Shown here: in pieces, positions 11,576 to 22,827 of the stretch
Layout: each line of letters opens with the position of its first letter
Numbering within the stretch: the stretch's first letter is position 1
DNA from: Dehalococcoidia bacterium
Lineage (GTDB): Bacteria; Chloroflexota; Dehalococcoidia; Bin125
Length of the DNA stretch: 64,000 bases
Direction of reading: 5' to 3'
Assembly (NCBI GenBank): GCA_963555985.3
Contig: OY820591.1
Location: forward strand, 2,880,001-2,944,000
Position numbers and translations under genes: made by a program
The notes under the pieces: generated by a model
Told to the model about the DNA's origin: nothing
Databases searched by the model: none
Seen by the model: the letters and a program-made list of their open reading frames with translations, nothing else

Positions 11576-12301
11576 CTAGTCGCGGTTGTGGATGGTCAGG
11601 CGGCGGCGGGCGACGAAGCTGGTTGTCACGAGGACTGCGATCAGGCTCACGACGGCGGCTGCCAGCCAGGGGTTGGTCTGTCCGTCGTCGGCGAGACCGC
11701 CGGTACCGGTGTTGGCGTAGCTGGCGGTGTCAGCGGCGCCAGCGGCGCAGGGAACGATCGAGATGCCTGGAGGGAGCGCGGCGCCGAAGCCTTGCAGGAG
11801 TCCCAGCGCTTCCTGGGCGGTGTAGCTGTCGCCGAGCAGTTCGACGTTGATGATTTCGTTGTTGTCGCCGACGTTGATCGTGATTTCGTAGGTGCGTCCA
11901 CCAGCGCTGACGGTGTCGGTGTGGCTGCCAGGAGGGAGGTTGAGGCAGACATCGTCGCTGGCGGCACCTGCCTGCATAGCGTCGCCGGCGGCGGCGCACT
12001 CGATCACCTCAACGCCTTCGGGCAGTTCGTAGTCGCCGCTGGCGAAGATGCCCATGCCGGCCGCCGCGCCGATCGGTTGTCCGCCCGGCTCGTAGAACTC
12101 GGTCACGACGCCGCCCTCGCCGATTTCGACGCGGAAGATGACGTTGCCCTCACGCTCCTGGGAGGGAACGACGAGGTCGTGCGTGCCTGGCGCCAGGTTG
12201 AGGCAGACCGCTGGTTGCGCGTGAGCGCTGGGCAGGGTGATGAAGGCGGCAATGCTGAGTGCGAGTGCGGCAGCGGCGGCTGCGAGGAAAGCGCGGTTCA
12301 C
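11576..12301 (-). CDS. Secreted two-repeat protein with C-terminal sortase-like sorting signal
   Basis: AAGGA RBS, signal peptide ending AHA, two VCLNLxPGxH repeats, ANTGTGG followed by a hydrophobic helix and RRR. Confidence 0.75.
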   Translation of the reverse strand: MNRAFLAAAAAALALSIAAFITLPSAHAQPAVCLNLAPGTHDLVVPSQEREGNVIFRVEIGEGGVVTEFYEPGGQPIGAAAGMGIFASGDYELPEGVEVIECAAAGDAMQAGAASDDVCLNLPPGSHTDTVSAGGRTYEITINVGDNNEIINVELLGDSYTAQEALGLLQGFGAALPPGISIVPCAAGAADTASYANTGTGGLADDGQTNPWLAAAVVSLIAVLVTTSFVARRRLTIHNRD

Positions 12302-12348
12302 GGTAGTCCTTTGCGGGGTGACCGGATCATGGAACGATTGCAACGCGC

Positions 12349-12376
12349 AGGATACGCGGCCGGTTGTTTGCGTCAA
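12349..12376 (-). promoter_or_regulatory. Sigma70-type promoter
   Basis: TTGACG-N16-TATCCT upstream of the GTG at 12301. Confidence 0.5.
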
Positions 12377-12434
12377 GTGCAAAAAACTGATCCGGCAGCA
12401 TTGAGCACAGGAATTCAGGCTAGGATGAGATCAG

Positions 12435-12510
12435 GCCCAGGTGGCGCAATTGGCAGCGCAGCCGATTTGTAATCGGCAGGTTGGGGGTTCGAATCCCCCC
12501 TTGGGCTCCA
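12435..12510 (+). tRNA. tRNA-Thr(TGT)
   Basis: Cloverleaf: GCCCAGG/CTTGGGC acceptor stem, GCCGA-TTTGTAA-TCGGC anticodon arm, GGTTCGAATCC, CCA end. Confidence 0.97.
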
Positions 12511-12642
12511 ATCAGACCCGAGCTGTCTGCGTGCTGGTGAACACAAGACGGGGGATGAGGCGCGGGCACAGGCGTCGGGGCGCAAGCGAAAGCGCGGCTG
12601 TGGATGTGCGTTTGGGGATGATCGGGCTAAGATGAACGTAAT

Positions 12643-12730
12643 GGCGGGATGGGTGAGTGGCTAATACCACCGGTCTGTAAAACCGGCGACCGAGAGGTCT
12701 ACGCAGGTTCGAATCCTGCTCCCGCCACCA
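12643..12730 (+). tRNA. tRNA-Tyr(GTA)
   Basis: GGCGGGA/TCCCGCC acceptor stem, CCGGT-CTGTAAA-ACCGG anticodon arm, long variable arm, CCA end. Confidence 0.97.
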
Positions 12731-12807
12731 GTTGGATCGAGCCGCCGCCCCGTGTGGGCGAAGCAGAGCAAGCGCAGCGGCCGCAGGCCGCCACACACAG
12801 TGAACAG

Positions 12808-12883
12808 GCCCGCATAGCTCAGTCGGTAGAGCGCGTTCTTGGTAAGAACGAGGTCTCCAGTTCAAGTCTGGATGCGGGCTCCA
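12808..12883 (+). tRNA. tRNA-Thr(GGT)
   Basis: GCCCGCA/TGCGGGC acceptor stem, GGT anticodon, TTCAA T-loop, CCA end. Confidence 0.97.
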
Positions 12884-12937
12884 CACGTTTCCGCCGCAAC
12901 GCCGCCGGAAGCAGTTGCCAGAGACGGAGGGTTACTC

Positions 12938-14140
<1,203 letters not shown>

Positions 14141-14249
14141 GCGCAGCCCGAAAAGTTCGTACGAGTGCCCGCGATCATTGCGATCTACGGAAATCGTGCG
14201 ATGATGGAGCTGCCGCGATCGAGCCAGCGGCGCGATTGAGAGGCCGGCG

Positions 14250-14411
14250 ATGGCCAAAGGCGACCGAATTTTCATCACCCTGCGCTGCCGCGAGTGTCAG
14301 TCGCACACGTACCACACGACCAAGAACCGCCGCAACGACGCGGATCGGCTTGAGTTGACCAAGTACTGCCCGCACTGCCGCCAGCGGCGGTCGTACCGCG
14401 AGACACGCTGA
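14250..14411 (+). CDS. rpmG: 50S ribosomal protein L33 (Zn-ribbon form)
   Basis: Manual translation [53 protein letters not shown]; lies between tuf and secE. Confidence 0.95.
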   Translation: MAKGDRIFITLRCRECQSHTYHTTKNRRNDADRLELTKYCPHCRQRRSYRETR

Positions 14412-14419
14412 GGTGAGCT

Positions 14420-14866
14420 GTGGCGCGTAGCAGAGATTCTCGGCGACGGCGAAATCGGCGCGGCGCCTCCGGCCGCGCCGCCGCCCGTGCAGCAGCCGCG
14501 CCGTCGTCCGCGCCCCGCCCGACGCGCCAAGCCGCGAGCGCCGACGCTGCGGCGAGCTCCTCGCCGAACGCGAATGCCGCGGCGAGCGATGCGGCGGGCT
14601 TGCCCGCGCGCCCGCGCCGACAGATCCAGGCCCAGCGTCCGACCACCTCCGACGCGCCCCGAGTGCGCAGCCTCTTCTACCGCCTCACGCACCCCCGCGC
14701 GATCTTGGCCATCATCGACGAGTTGCGGCGCGTCGTCTGGCCTTCGCGCCAGGAAACTGGAAACCTCACCGTCGTGGTGTTGGTCGTCGCGATCGCGGTC
14801 GGAATCTTCCTCGGCGCGATCGACTTCGGGCTCAACCGCGTCGTAGAGAATGCGTTGTTGCCCTAA
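14420..14866 (+). CDS. secE: Preprotein translocase SecE, N-terminally extended
   Basis: ELRRVVWPSRQE followed by a TM helix; precedes nusG. Confidence 0.9.
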   Translation: MARSRDSRRRRNRRGASGRAAARAAAAPSSAPRPTRQAASADAAASSSPNANAAASDAAGLPARPRRQIQAQRPTTSDAPRVRSLFYRLTHPRAILAIIDELRRVVWPSRQETGNLTVVVLVVAIAVGIFLGAIDFGLNRVVENALLP

Positions 14867-15783
14867 TGACGACTACCGACGAACCCAGCCGCCCCGCGAC
14901 CGCTCGTGAAGCAGCGGCCGGACTCGGCTTCGGCAACCGCCCCCTGCGCAGCGCCGAGCGCGAACTCGAAGAAGTGCTCGCCCTCGCGCGCGAGCTCGGC
15001 ATTGAAGAACAAGACGACCAAGACGATCCCGACTACGACGCCACCGCCGCGCAAGCCGTGGCCGAACTCGGTCTCGATCAGCCCGTAGTGCAGGAAGAAA
15101 CGCCGGTTGCGGCCTTCCTCGCCGAAGACGATGAGTACGACGACTACGACGACGAAGACGAATTCCGGATCGAAAGCGTCCAGCAGCCCAACGCCGCCTG
15201 GTTCGCGGTCAACACCTATACCGGACACGAGAATCGGGTGCGCGACGCGCTTGACCTGCGTATTCGCAATATGGATGTCGAGCACCAATTCGTCGAGCTC
15301 GAGGGCGAGACCGGCAAGAACGGCGAGAAACGCTACGTGCTCGTGCCGACCCAGCAGGAAGTCGAGATCCGCGGCGGCAAGCGGCGCGAAGTCGAGCGCA
15401 AGCTGCTGCCCGGTTACGTGCTCGTCCAGATTCGGCTCAACTCCAGGACGGGCGATCTCGACGACAACAGCTGGCACGTGGTCAGCGGTACGCAGGGCGT
15501 CAACGGCTTCGTGGGCACGCGCGACGAACAGCGCGAGCACGCGCGACCGCTGCCGCCGGAAGAAGTCGCCGCGATCATCGGTCAGACCCGCGTCGAAGAG
15601 CCGCGCGTGCGGGTCGGCTTCGCCGTCAACGACCCGGTGCGGGTGACTGAGGGCCCGTTCCTCGATTTCGTCGCGCAAGTCGAGGAGATCAACATCGAGA
15701 AAGGCAAGGTCAAGGTGCTGATCTCGATGTTCGGCCGCGAAACCCCGCTCGAACTCGACTTCGATCAGGTGGAGAAACAGTAA
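14866..15783 (+). CDS. nusG: Transcription factor NusG with acidic N-terminal extension
   Basis: WFAVNTYTGHE, LPGYVLV, KOW GPFLDF, MFGRETPLELDFDQVEK. Confidence 0.95.
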   Translation: MTTTDEPSRPATAREAAAGLGFGNRPLRSAERELEEVLALARELGIEEQDDQDDPDYDATAAQAVAELGLDQPVVQEETPVAAFLAEDDEYDDYDDEDEFRIESVQQPNAAWFAVNTYTGHENRVRDALDLRIRNMDVEHQFVELEGETGKNGEKRYVLVPTQQEVEIRGGKRREVERKLLPGYVLVQIRLNSRTGDLDDNSWHVVSGTQGVNGFVGTRDEQREHARPLPPEEVAAIIGQTRVEEPRVRVGFAVNDPVRVTEGPFLDFVAQVEEINIEKGKVKVLISMFGRETPLELDFDQVEKQ

Positions 15784-15882
15784 GCGGCCCGCCTCTGCGG
15801 AGCGAACGGGCCGGCATAGACAACCCGGACAACGAATTCCGCGTTCCCGTCCATGACCGGAACGCATTGAGGAGACAGTGGC

Positions 15883-16308
15883 ATGGCGAAGCGGGTGCGC
15901 GCGGTGTTGACGCTGCAACTGATGGCGGGCAAGGCCAGTCCGGCCCCGCCGGTGGGCCCGGCCCTGGGTCAGCACGGCGTCGGCATCATGGAGTTCGTCA
16001 AGAGCTACAACGAACGCACGGCCAACAGCGCCGGCGAACTGATTCCGGCCCAGATCACGATCTTCGAAGATCGCTCGTTCAGCTTCGAGCTGCGCACGCC
16101 GCCGGCCTCGGACCTGATCCGGCGCGCGGCCGGGATCGAGAAAGGCGCTTCCGAGCCGCGCCGCGAGGTGGCCGGTTCGATCACCGAGGCGCAGATGCGC
16201 GAGATCGCCGAAAAGAAGATGCAGGATCTCAACGCCAACGACATCGAGGCGGCGATGAAGATGGTCGCCGGTACCGCCCGCAGCATGGGCGTGGAGGTGG
16301 AAGGCTAA
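15883..16308 (+). CDS. rplK: 50S ribosomal protein L11
   Basis: [21 protein letters not shown]. Confidence 0.98.
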   Translation: MAKRVRAVLTLQLMAGKASPAPPVGPALGQHGVGIMEFVKSYNERTANSAGELIPAQITIFEDRSFSFELRTPPASDLIRRAAGIEKGASEPRREVAGSITEAQMREIAEKKMQDLNANDIEAAMKMVAGTARSMGVEVEG

Positions 16309-16310
16309 TC

Positions 16311-17027
16311 ATGGTCAAACGAGGCAAGCGCTACCGCGCCGCCAGCGAGCAGTACGACCGCAGCGCGCACTATGCCCCGCCCGAGGCGGTCACGCTGGTG
16401 AAACAACTGGCCACGGCCAAGTTCGACGAGACCATCGAACTGCACATTCGCACCGGGCTTGATGTCCGCCACGCCGATCAACAGTTGCGCGGCACCGCTC
16501 GGCTGCCCCACGGATTGGGCAAGGAGGTTCGCGTCGCCGTCTTCGCCGAAGGCGATCCCGCCAACGCGGCCGAAGCGGCGGGCGCCGAAATCGTGGGCGC
16601 GGACGACCTGATCAAGCGCGTCCAGGACGACGGCTTCACCGATTTCGACGTGGCCATCGCCGATCGCCGGATGATGGGCAAAGTCGGTCGCTTGGGCCGC
16701 ATCCTGGGCCCGCGCGGTCTGATGCCCAACCCGCGCGCCGGAACGGTCGTAGACGGCGAAGACATCGCTCGCGCCGTCGGCGAGGCCAAGGCCGGCCGGG
16801 TCGAATTTCGCACTGACCGTGAGGCCTCCGTGCACGTGCCCTTGGGCAAAGCCAGCTTCTCCGCCGAGCACCTGCTCGACAATCTGGCCACGATGGTCAC
16901 CGAGATCGTCAAGGCGCGACCGTCGGGGGCGAAAGGCAGCTACATCCGCAGCCTCAACATCACCTCCACGATGGGGCCTGGCGTGAAGCTGGAGCAGCAG
17001 AGTACGCTCGCCCTACGCGCCGACTGA
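16311..17027 (+). CDS. rplA: 50S ribosomal protein L1
   Basis: KFDETIE, LPHGLGK, LGPRGLMPNP, STMGPG. Confidence 0.98.
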   Translation: MVKRGKRYRAASEQYDRSAHYAPPEAVTLVKQLATAKFDETIELHIRTGLDVRHADQQLRGTARLPHGLGKEVRVAVFAEGDPANAAEAAGAEIVGADDLIKRVQDDGFTDFDVAIADRRMMGKVGRLGRILGPRGLMPNPRAGTVVDGEDIARAVGEAKAGRVEFRTDREASVHVPLGKASFSAEHLLDNLATMVTEIVKARPSGAKGSYIRSLNITSTMGPGVKLEQQSTLALRAD

Positions 17028-17059
17028 GAAAGGCTCGCACCGAGCAGAGTTCAACCAGC

Positions 17060-17225
17060 AACACAGCCGCCCATGACCGCAGGCGGCGCCGGCTCCGGCA
17101 CGGTTGGAGCCGCGCCTTAATCTCCCGCGCAGGCTGGCGCTCCGTCCTCCGCCGCGCAGCTCCGCGACCGGAACCGCGCCGCGCGACGCAGCAGTCCAGT
17201 CCCGCGCCTACGAAGTCTGCCGGCA
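17060..17225 (+). promoter_or_regulatory. L10-leader-like autoregulatory RNA
   Basis: GACCGCAGG...TTAA..CCCGCGCAGG pattern with an internal hairpin, upstream of rplJ. Confidence 0.6.
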
Positions 17226-17250
17226 TCGGCGCAGAGGACGGACGATAGCG

Positions 17251-17811
17251 ATGGCAACGGAACGCAAGCGGGAACAGGTCGCGCTGCTGGAAGAGCGCCT
17301 GAACCGAGCCGAAGTCACGATCGGTCTCGATTATCGCGGCCTCAGCGTCGGCGACATGCAGCAGCTGCGCCGCGCTCTGCGCGCCGAGGCCCCGGAGACT
17401 GAACTGCGGGTAGTCAAGAACACGCTCTGGCGTCTGGCCGCCGAGAACGCCGGCGAGCCGGAGGCGGCGGGTCTGACGCAGGAGGCCACGGCGCTCCTGT
17501 TCGGCTTCGGCGAGCTGACCGAAGCGCCCAAAGCGTTGCAAAAGTATCTCCGCGACACCCGCAGCGAACTGCCGATCCACGGCGTCTACTTCGAGTCCGG
17601 CCTGGCCGCCGGCGGGGTCGTCGATGAGCTCGCCGCCATCCCCGGACGCGCCGAGCTGATGGCAAAGGTCGCCGGCGGACTGAACAACCCGATCGCCGGA
17701 CTCGCCGGCGCGCTCAGCGCCGTCTTCCGCGATGTCGCGGCAATCGTCGAAGCCCGCGCCGAGCAACTCGCCGAAGCCGAGGGCGAGCCGGCCGCAGCCG
17801 CAGCGGAATAA
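17251..17811 (+). CDS. rplJ: 50S ribosomal protein L10
   Basis: DYRGLSV, RVVKNTL; position between rplA and rplL. Confidence 0.95.
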   Translation: MATERKREQVALLEERLNRAEVTIGLDYRGLSVGDMQQLRRALRAEAPETELRVVKNTLWRLAAENAGEPEAAGLTQEATALLFGFGELTEAPKALQKYLRDTRSELPIHGVYFESGLAAGGVVDELAAIPGRAELMAKVAGGLNNPIAGLAGALSAVFRDVAAIVEARAEQLAEAEGEPAAAAAE

Positions 17812-17884
17812 CCCAAGCAAGTCACCGGCCCAAGCCCGAATCGCGGCCGGTTGCAACTGCAAACGCAGCGAGTAGGAGTCGGAC

Positions 17885-18265
17885 ATGTCGAAAGTAGACG
17901 AGGCGTTTGAGCTGATCAGCGCCATGACCATCCTGGAGGCGCGCGATCTCGTCAAGAAGATCGAAGAGGAGTTCGGCGTCTCCGCCGCCGCTCCGGTCGC
18001 CGTCGCAGCCGTCGCCGGCAACGGCGCCGCCGTCGTCGAAGAGGTCGAAGAACAGACCGAATTCGACGTTGTGCTGCAAGACTTCGGGGCCAAGAAGATC
18101 AACGTGATCAAAGCCGTCCGCGCCGTTACCGACCTCGGTCTCAAGGAGGCCAAAGAGTTCGTCGAAAGCGCCCCCCAAACGGTGCGAGAGGCGTTGCCCA
18201 AGGAAGAGGCCGAAAAGATCAAGGCCGATCTCGAAGAGGCTGGCGCCACCGTCGAGCTCAAGTAG
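17885..18265 (+). CDS. rplL: 50S ribosomal protein L7/L12
   Basis: [35 protein letters not shown]. Confidence 0.98.
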   Translation: MSKVDEAFELISAMTILEARDLVKKIEEEFGVSAAAPVAVAAVAGNGAAVVEEVEEQTEFDVVLQDFGAKKINVIKAVRAVTDLGLKEAKEFVESAPQTVREALPKEEAEKIKADLEEAGATVELK

Positions 18266-18342
18266 ATCGAGGGCTCGCAGGGGCCCGTTTGCACTGCCTA
18301 TCCCTCTCCGCCGCGCCTGCGCCTATCCCCTCAAGCCTTCCT

Positions 18343-18810
18343 TACTCTCCCCCTTGAGGGGGAGATGCCGCAGGCAGAGGGGGTGAGAACGCCACGCCCG
18401 GCAGTCCCCGCTCCCACTTCCGCCATATCCGCGTCGGGAAACCTCTGCGTACGTCAAAGACCGTCATACCCGCGCCTGCCCGGAGCCTGTCCCCGCGCAG
18501 GGAGGCCTTTGCAAACCCCCATTTCCGTCATTCCAGGCTTGACCTGGAATCTCGTTCGGAGTTCGGTCTATCTGGTCGGGCGAGATTCCAGCTTTCGCTG
18601 GAATGACGAGAGCAGCGGGAATGCCAATTTGCAAAGGTCTCCGCAGGCGGGGATCACTCGCCATGATCTGCACCGTTGTCGCTCACACGGCGAGATTGCC
18701 CCCTGTTCAGGCCAGGGGCAGGCTGCGACGGAGTGCGGTAATGACGGAGGTAGAGAGGATCGGAAAACTCTCCCCCCGCAAGGCGGGGGGACAGAGGGGG
18801 GTCCCACCCC
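18343..18810. repeat. REP island containing a MITE
   Basis: Same palindromic families as at 1155-1497, in the opposite orientation. Confidence 0.9.
18502..18641 (-). mobile_element. 140-bp MITE with perfect 6-bp TSD
   Basis: CGCAGG[GAGGCCTTTGCAAA...TTTGCAAAGGTCTC]CGCAGG. Removing it restores CCTGTCCCCGCGCAGGCGGGG. Confidence 0.85.
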
Positions 18811-18962
18811 TCCGACCTACCATCCGACCACCTCTGTCGTCCACGTCACATCCAACCACCCGCCCCGCCGCCGCCAACGCACAGATCACTTATGCTGAAT
18901 CGCACATCAGTATCAGTGACGCGCCCGTTCTTCCCTCCCCAACGAAGCGGAGCACCCCGAGC

Positions 18963-19001
18963 AACCTGAACAAACCCGAACAAACCTGAACGCCCTGAAC
19001 A
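18963..19001 (+). repeat. 10-bp tandem repeat AAACCYGAAC
   Basis: aacctgaac aaacccgaac aaacctgaac gccctgaac; related inverted array at ~4031-4077. Confidence 0.7.
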
Positions 19002-19198
19002 GCGTTTCTCCCAGCCAGCACAGGAGATCAGCAAATTCGCCCCGCTGAAAATTTTTCTCCCTGAACACCCCTCGCCGTTTTTCCCGGGGCCGCTCAGAAG
19101 ATTCATTGCTCGTCTCTTGGACTCTTCTCTCCTGCGCTGCGAGCGAGAGGAACAGGCAAGATGGCGCATTCGCGCTATCCTCGCTGCAAGGATGAGCC

Positions 19199-19822
19199 GT
19201 GATGGATCAGATCGAACAACTCCGAGACCTCCAGGATCTGCGCGGGAGCCAGCGGCCCGATCCCGACCGCGCCCGCCGCGCGATTATTCGCAGCATGGCG
19301 ATCTGGACGCCCGCCTTCGTCGTGCTCGCCGCGGGCGCCGTCTATCTGATGCTCGAAGCGCTGAGCGGCAACAGCGGCTCCTGGTTCGGATTCTCGCTGG
19401 CCGCGCTGATGGGCTTGCTCTCCGGGTTCTCCGCGCTCAGCGCCTGGCGCGATCTGTTCTCGCAACCGATTGAGACCACCGGCCAGATCGCGCGCAAGTG
19501 GCGCAAGTTCGATCTGCTCTTCTTTTTCCGCGCCCACTACGTGCTGCTCTCGCGCCGCGTCTTCCGCGTCAGCATCGATGTCTACAACGAGATGCCGGAG
19601 ACGGGCGGCTGGGTCTACTGCCTGCACTACCCCCACACCAACGCGCTGATCGCCTGGCGTCCGCTGGGGAGTGAAGAGATTCCCGGCGATGAGGACGACG
19701 AGGAAGCCGACGGCGAAGACGAGCGGGAGGACTGGGGCGCGCAGCTCGAACGCCGCGAACGCGCCGAGGCCAGCTCCGAGAGCGTCGATTTGCCCACCTT
19801 CGGCGGTCGTGATCGCGAATGA
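19199..19822 (+). CDS. Hypothetical membrane protein
   Basis: Two TM helices and an acidic tail; its stop overlaps the radC start (ATGA). Confidence 0.75.
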   Translation: MMDQIEQLRDLQDLRGSQRPDPDRARRAIIRSMAIWTPAFVVLAAGAVYLMLEALSGNSGSWFGFSLAALMGLLSGFSALSAWRDLFSQPIETTGQIARKWRKFDLLFFFRAHYVLLSRRVFRVSIDVYNEMPETGGWVYCLHYPHTNALIAWRPLGSEEIPGDEDDEEADGEDEREDWGAQLERRERAEASSESVDLPTFGGRDRE

Positions 19823-20565
19823 GCCGCGAGTTGGAGGCGACCGAGCAGGGCGCGCCTGCCAACGCGGGTCTGCGCATTCACGACTTGCCCGAAGAGCAGC
19901 GCCCGCGTGAGCGGCTGCTGCGCGAAGGCGCGACCGCGCTGGCGGACGCGGAACTGCTGGCGATCCTGCTCGGCAGCGGCTTTCCCGGCCGCAACGTGAT
20001 CGATGTCGCGCAATCGCTGTTGTCCGAGCATGGACTCGTGGGTCTGCTCCGCGCCGAGCCCGCGCAACTGATGCAAGAGAAGGGCCTGGGCAAGGCGAAA
20101 GTGGCGAGCCTGATCGCGGCCGTGCAGTTGGGCGCGCGCGCCTATGCCGAGGACGCCTGGCCGCGCGGCGAGCCGTTCAGCAGTCCGCGCCAGGTCTTCG
20201 ACCGCTACCGCCGGCGGATGGGCGACCTAACCCACGAGGAAGTGCGGGTGCTGGTGCTGGATCGGCAGCATCGCATCATTCGGGACCTCGTCAAGTACCA
20301 GGGCACGGCGCACGGAGCCTCGGTCCGGGTGGCGGAACTGCTGCGCGACGTGATCATCCACCAGGGCGCGGCGATGATCGTGATCCACAACCACCCCTCC
20401 GGCGATCCGAGTCCCTCGCAGGCCGACCGCGCGATGACCAGCTCGCTCGCGGTAGCGGCGGAGGTGATGGACATCGACCTGCTCGATCACGTCATCCTCG
20501 CCCGCGACGCCTGGCAGTCAATGGCCCAACTGGGCCTGCTCGAAGCCGATGCTGCCTCTGTGTAG
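19819..20565 (+). CDS. radC: RadC family JAB/MPN protein
   Basis: RPRERLL, ELLAILLGSG, HNHPSGDPSPSQAD, LLDHVI. Confidence 0.93.
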   Translation: MSRELEATEQGAPANAGLRIHDLPEEQRPRERLLREGATALADAELLAILLGSGFPGRNVIDVAQSLLSEHGLVGLLRAEPAQLMQEKGLGKAKVASLIAAVQLGARAYAEDAWPRGEPFSSPRQVFDRYRRRMGDLTHEEVRVLVLDRQHRIIRDLVKYQGTAHGASVRVAELLRDVIIHQGAAMIVIHNHPSGDPSPSQADRAMTSSLAVAAEVMDIDLLDHVILARDAWQSMAQLGLLEADAASV

Positions 20566-20595
20566 AGCGCGTTTGCTTCAACGCTCTCCCCCTCT

Positions 20596-20720
20596 CCGTC
20601 ATTGCCGCGCCTCGCCGCAGCCTGCCCCTGGCCTGAACAGGGGGCAATCTCGCCGTGTTGCGCACCGACCGTTCCGTACTGCTCGGGGCCAGATACCCGC
20701 GGGGAGCGCGGGTATGACGG
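20596..20720. repeat. Inverted pair of REP-like elements
   Basis: GTCATTGCCGCG...GCAATCTCGCCG and GATACCCGCG..CGCGGGTATGACGG. Confidence 0.85.
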
Positions 20721-20781
20721 AGACTGACTGTTGCGACGGTCTGGTCTTCACCCGGACTCTTGATACAGTGAAGCGGCGGCG

Positions 20782-21339
20782 TTGGATGGGTTTGCGTTGA
20801 ACTGGCTCGATTTCGTCATCATTGCCGTCTTGGCGGTGTCCACGATCTACGCCTGGCGCACGGGTTTCCTGCGCGGGGCGGTGGGTCTGCTGGCGGTGGC
20901 GCTCGGCGTGGTGCTGGCCGGGCTGTACCACAAGCGAGTGATTCTCGACCTCGCGATTGCGACCGAGCCCAGTCCGGAGATGCTGGCGGCGAGTTTCGGA
21001 GTCATCCTCGCCGTGGTCGTACTGGCCGGTTGGGTTGCCGGCAATTTCCTCAAGGGAACTGCGGAATTGCTGATGCTGGGCTGGGCCGATCGCTCTGCGG
21101 GCGCGCTGTTCGGCCTCTTCTTCGCCGTCTTGCTGGTGCAGGCGGCGATGGCGATTGTCGTGGTCGCGCCGATCGAATCGGCGCACGAGACCGTAGCCGA
21201 CTCGCTGATTGGGCGGGTGATGCTCGACAACGTGCCGGTGGTGCGGGCGCTGCTGCCGGCGGATTTCGACCTGGGCATTCAGCGCTTCGTGGCGGAGGTC
21301 GAGGAGACGCGGGCTTCGCTGGACGGATTGGCGCAGTAG
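20782..21339 (+). CDS. cvpA: CvpA family membrane protein
   Basis: NWLDFVII...RTGFLR...ADRSAGALFG pattern. Confidence 0.85.
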   Translation: MDGFALNWLDFVIIAVLAVSTIYAWRTGFLRGAVGLLAVALGVVLAGLYHKRVILDLAIATEPSPEMLAASFGVILAVVVLAGWVAGNFLKGTAELLMLGWADRSAGALFGLFFAVLLVQAAMAIVVVAPIESAHETVADSLIGRVMLDNVPVVRALLPADFDLGIQRFVAEVEETRASLDGLAQ

Positions 21340-21410
21340 CGGGCGCAGCCGCGATCGGCGAGCCGGCGCAGTGATAGAATTCTGCCTGTTGGGTGCAACG
21401 GGTCAACGCG

Positions 21411-21962
21411 ATGTCGCTGCTGAACCAGTCGGTCTTGGTGCTGAATCAGAACTACGAGCCGCTGCACGTCTGCAACGTGCGCCGCGCCGTCGTGCTGGTC
21501 GCGCGGGGCAAGGCCGAGGTGATCGACCAGCTCGATCGCGCCGCCGCGCTCCTGCGCACGGTCAGCGCCGAGTTCAGCGTTCCCTCCGTGATCCGGATGG
21601 TCTATTACATTCGCCGCCCGCGACCGGTGATGCGCCTCTCCCGCCGCGAAGTCTTCGCCCGCGACCGCTTCACTTGCCAATACTGCGGTCGTCGTTCGAG
21701 CGCCAAAGACCTCACGCTCGATCACGTGCTGCCGCGCTACCGCGGCGGCAGTCACACCTGGGAGAACCTGGTCGCGGCCTGTCGAGCCTGCAATCACCGC
21801 AAGGCCGGCCGCACCCCGCGCGAAGCGCGAATGACGCTGCGCAACAAACCGGTACGCCCGCCGGTGACGCCCGTGCATCTCTTCGGCCAATACCTGGAGC
21901 GGCGCCCCAACTGGGCCCAGTTCATCCCCGGCGCCGAGCGCGAGTTGGCTGCGCTGCGCTAG
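21411..21962 (+). CDS. HNH endonuclease (McrA/HNH_5 type)
   Basis: VLVLNQNYEPL, RDRFTCQYCG, TLDHVLP, WENLVAACRACNHRK. Confidence 0.92.
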   Translation: MSLLNQSVLVLNQNYEPLHVCNVRRAVVLVARGKAEVIDQLDRAAALLRTVSAEFSVPSVIRMVYYIRRPRPVMRLSRREVFARDRFTCQYCGRRSSAKDLTLDHVLPRYRGGSHTWENLVAACRACNHRKAGRTPREARMTLRNKPVRPPVTPVHLFGQYLERRPNWAQFIPGAERELAALR

Positions 21963-22055
21963 AGTCTGCTCGAATCCGACCAGCCTTGCATTCGCGAATG
22001 CTGAACTGGGCCGATGGACGTTCACCCAATCCACTCTTGAGCGATTGCTACCTCT

Positions 22056-22778
22056 ATGTCTGAAGGACCGAGCAGCCGAGTTCTGTTTCTGGACGACTCA
22101 GGCAAGCCCTCACTCCATGATTCCTCTAAGGCTGTCGTAATCGGCGGCTTCTCCATTCCCTCCACAAATGTACTTGCACTCAGTCGTTGGATTGCCGGTG
22201 CGAAGTCTCGCTTCTACCCGAAGCGAGGCGACCCTGGCAGGTGGGAAATCAAGGCCAAGCGCACGATTGCGCCCAACCCATGGAGGCGCTCAAAGAACCG
22301 CCGATTCCTCGCTGAGGTACGACGCATCCTCAGCCAGCTTGACTGCACTGTCTACACCGTCAGCATCGACAAGAGTCGGATGTACCACCCGATGTCGCTC
22401 GAGACGACCATGCCTCTGCAACTGCAACGAGCCGTCGAACACTTTGCGGTTGAATGTGGCATCCAAGCAGAGATGGGCCTGATCGTTTCGGACTGGTCTA
22501 ACCACCGCCATGATGCCCATGCGAGTCTATCTGTGGCGAGCTTCGTGATTACGCGACGGCTGCCGCTGCACCCTACGGTCTACTACGCGAACTCGCTCAG
22601 TTCCCATGCCATCCAACTCGCAGACCTCATCGCAGGCATCAGGCGCCGAGCGATCGAGGGGGACGGCAACCTCCGATCACTTGACGCTGATCTAGCGCGC
22701 ATCCGCACACTTTCTGTCAATGCCACGTACAGGACACACACCGGTCGGGCATACAGCAACCAGATCTCGGTGTTCTGA
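22056..22778 (+). CDS. DUF3800-like RNase H-fold protein
   Basis: N-terminal LFLDDSG, VVIGG and C-terminal IQLADLIAG motifs typical of DUF3800. Visibly lower GC and atypical codon use. Confidence 0.8.
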   Translation: MSEGPSSRVLFLDDSGKPSLHDSSKAVVIGGFSIPSTNVLALSRWIAGAKSRFYPKRGDPGRWEIKAKRTIAPNPWRRSKNRRFLAEVRRILSQLDCTVYTVSIDKSRMYHPMSLETTMPLQLQRAVEHFAVECGIQAEMGLIVSDWSNHRHDAHASLSVASFVITRRLPLHPTVYYANSLSSHAIQLADLIAGIRRRAIEGDGNLRSLDADLARIRTLSVNATYRTHTGRAYSNQISVF

Positions 22779-22827
22779 AATGGCCGCGCGCCACTTTGGT
22801 TGCGGGGCTGCTAACATACAATTGTCA

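Noticed and set aside
12435-12883. tRNA cluster as integration site of an island
   Set aside because: No integrase and no duplicated tRNA 3' end in the window. The lack of tRNA-Gly/Trp in the cluster is probably ordinary lineage variation.
19819-21962. radC and HNH as mobile or defence cargo
   Set aside because: Full-length chromosomal-type RadC and a common HNH family, both with native codon usage.
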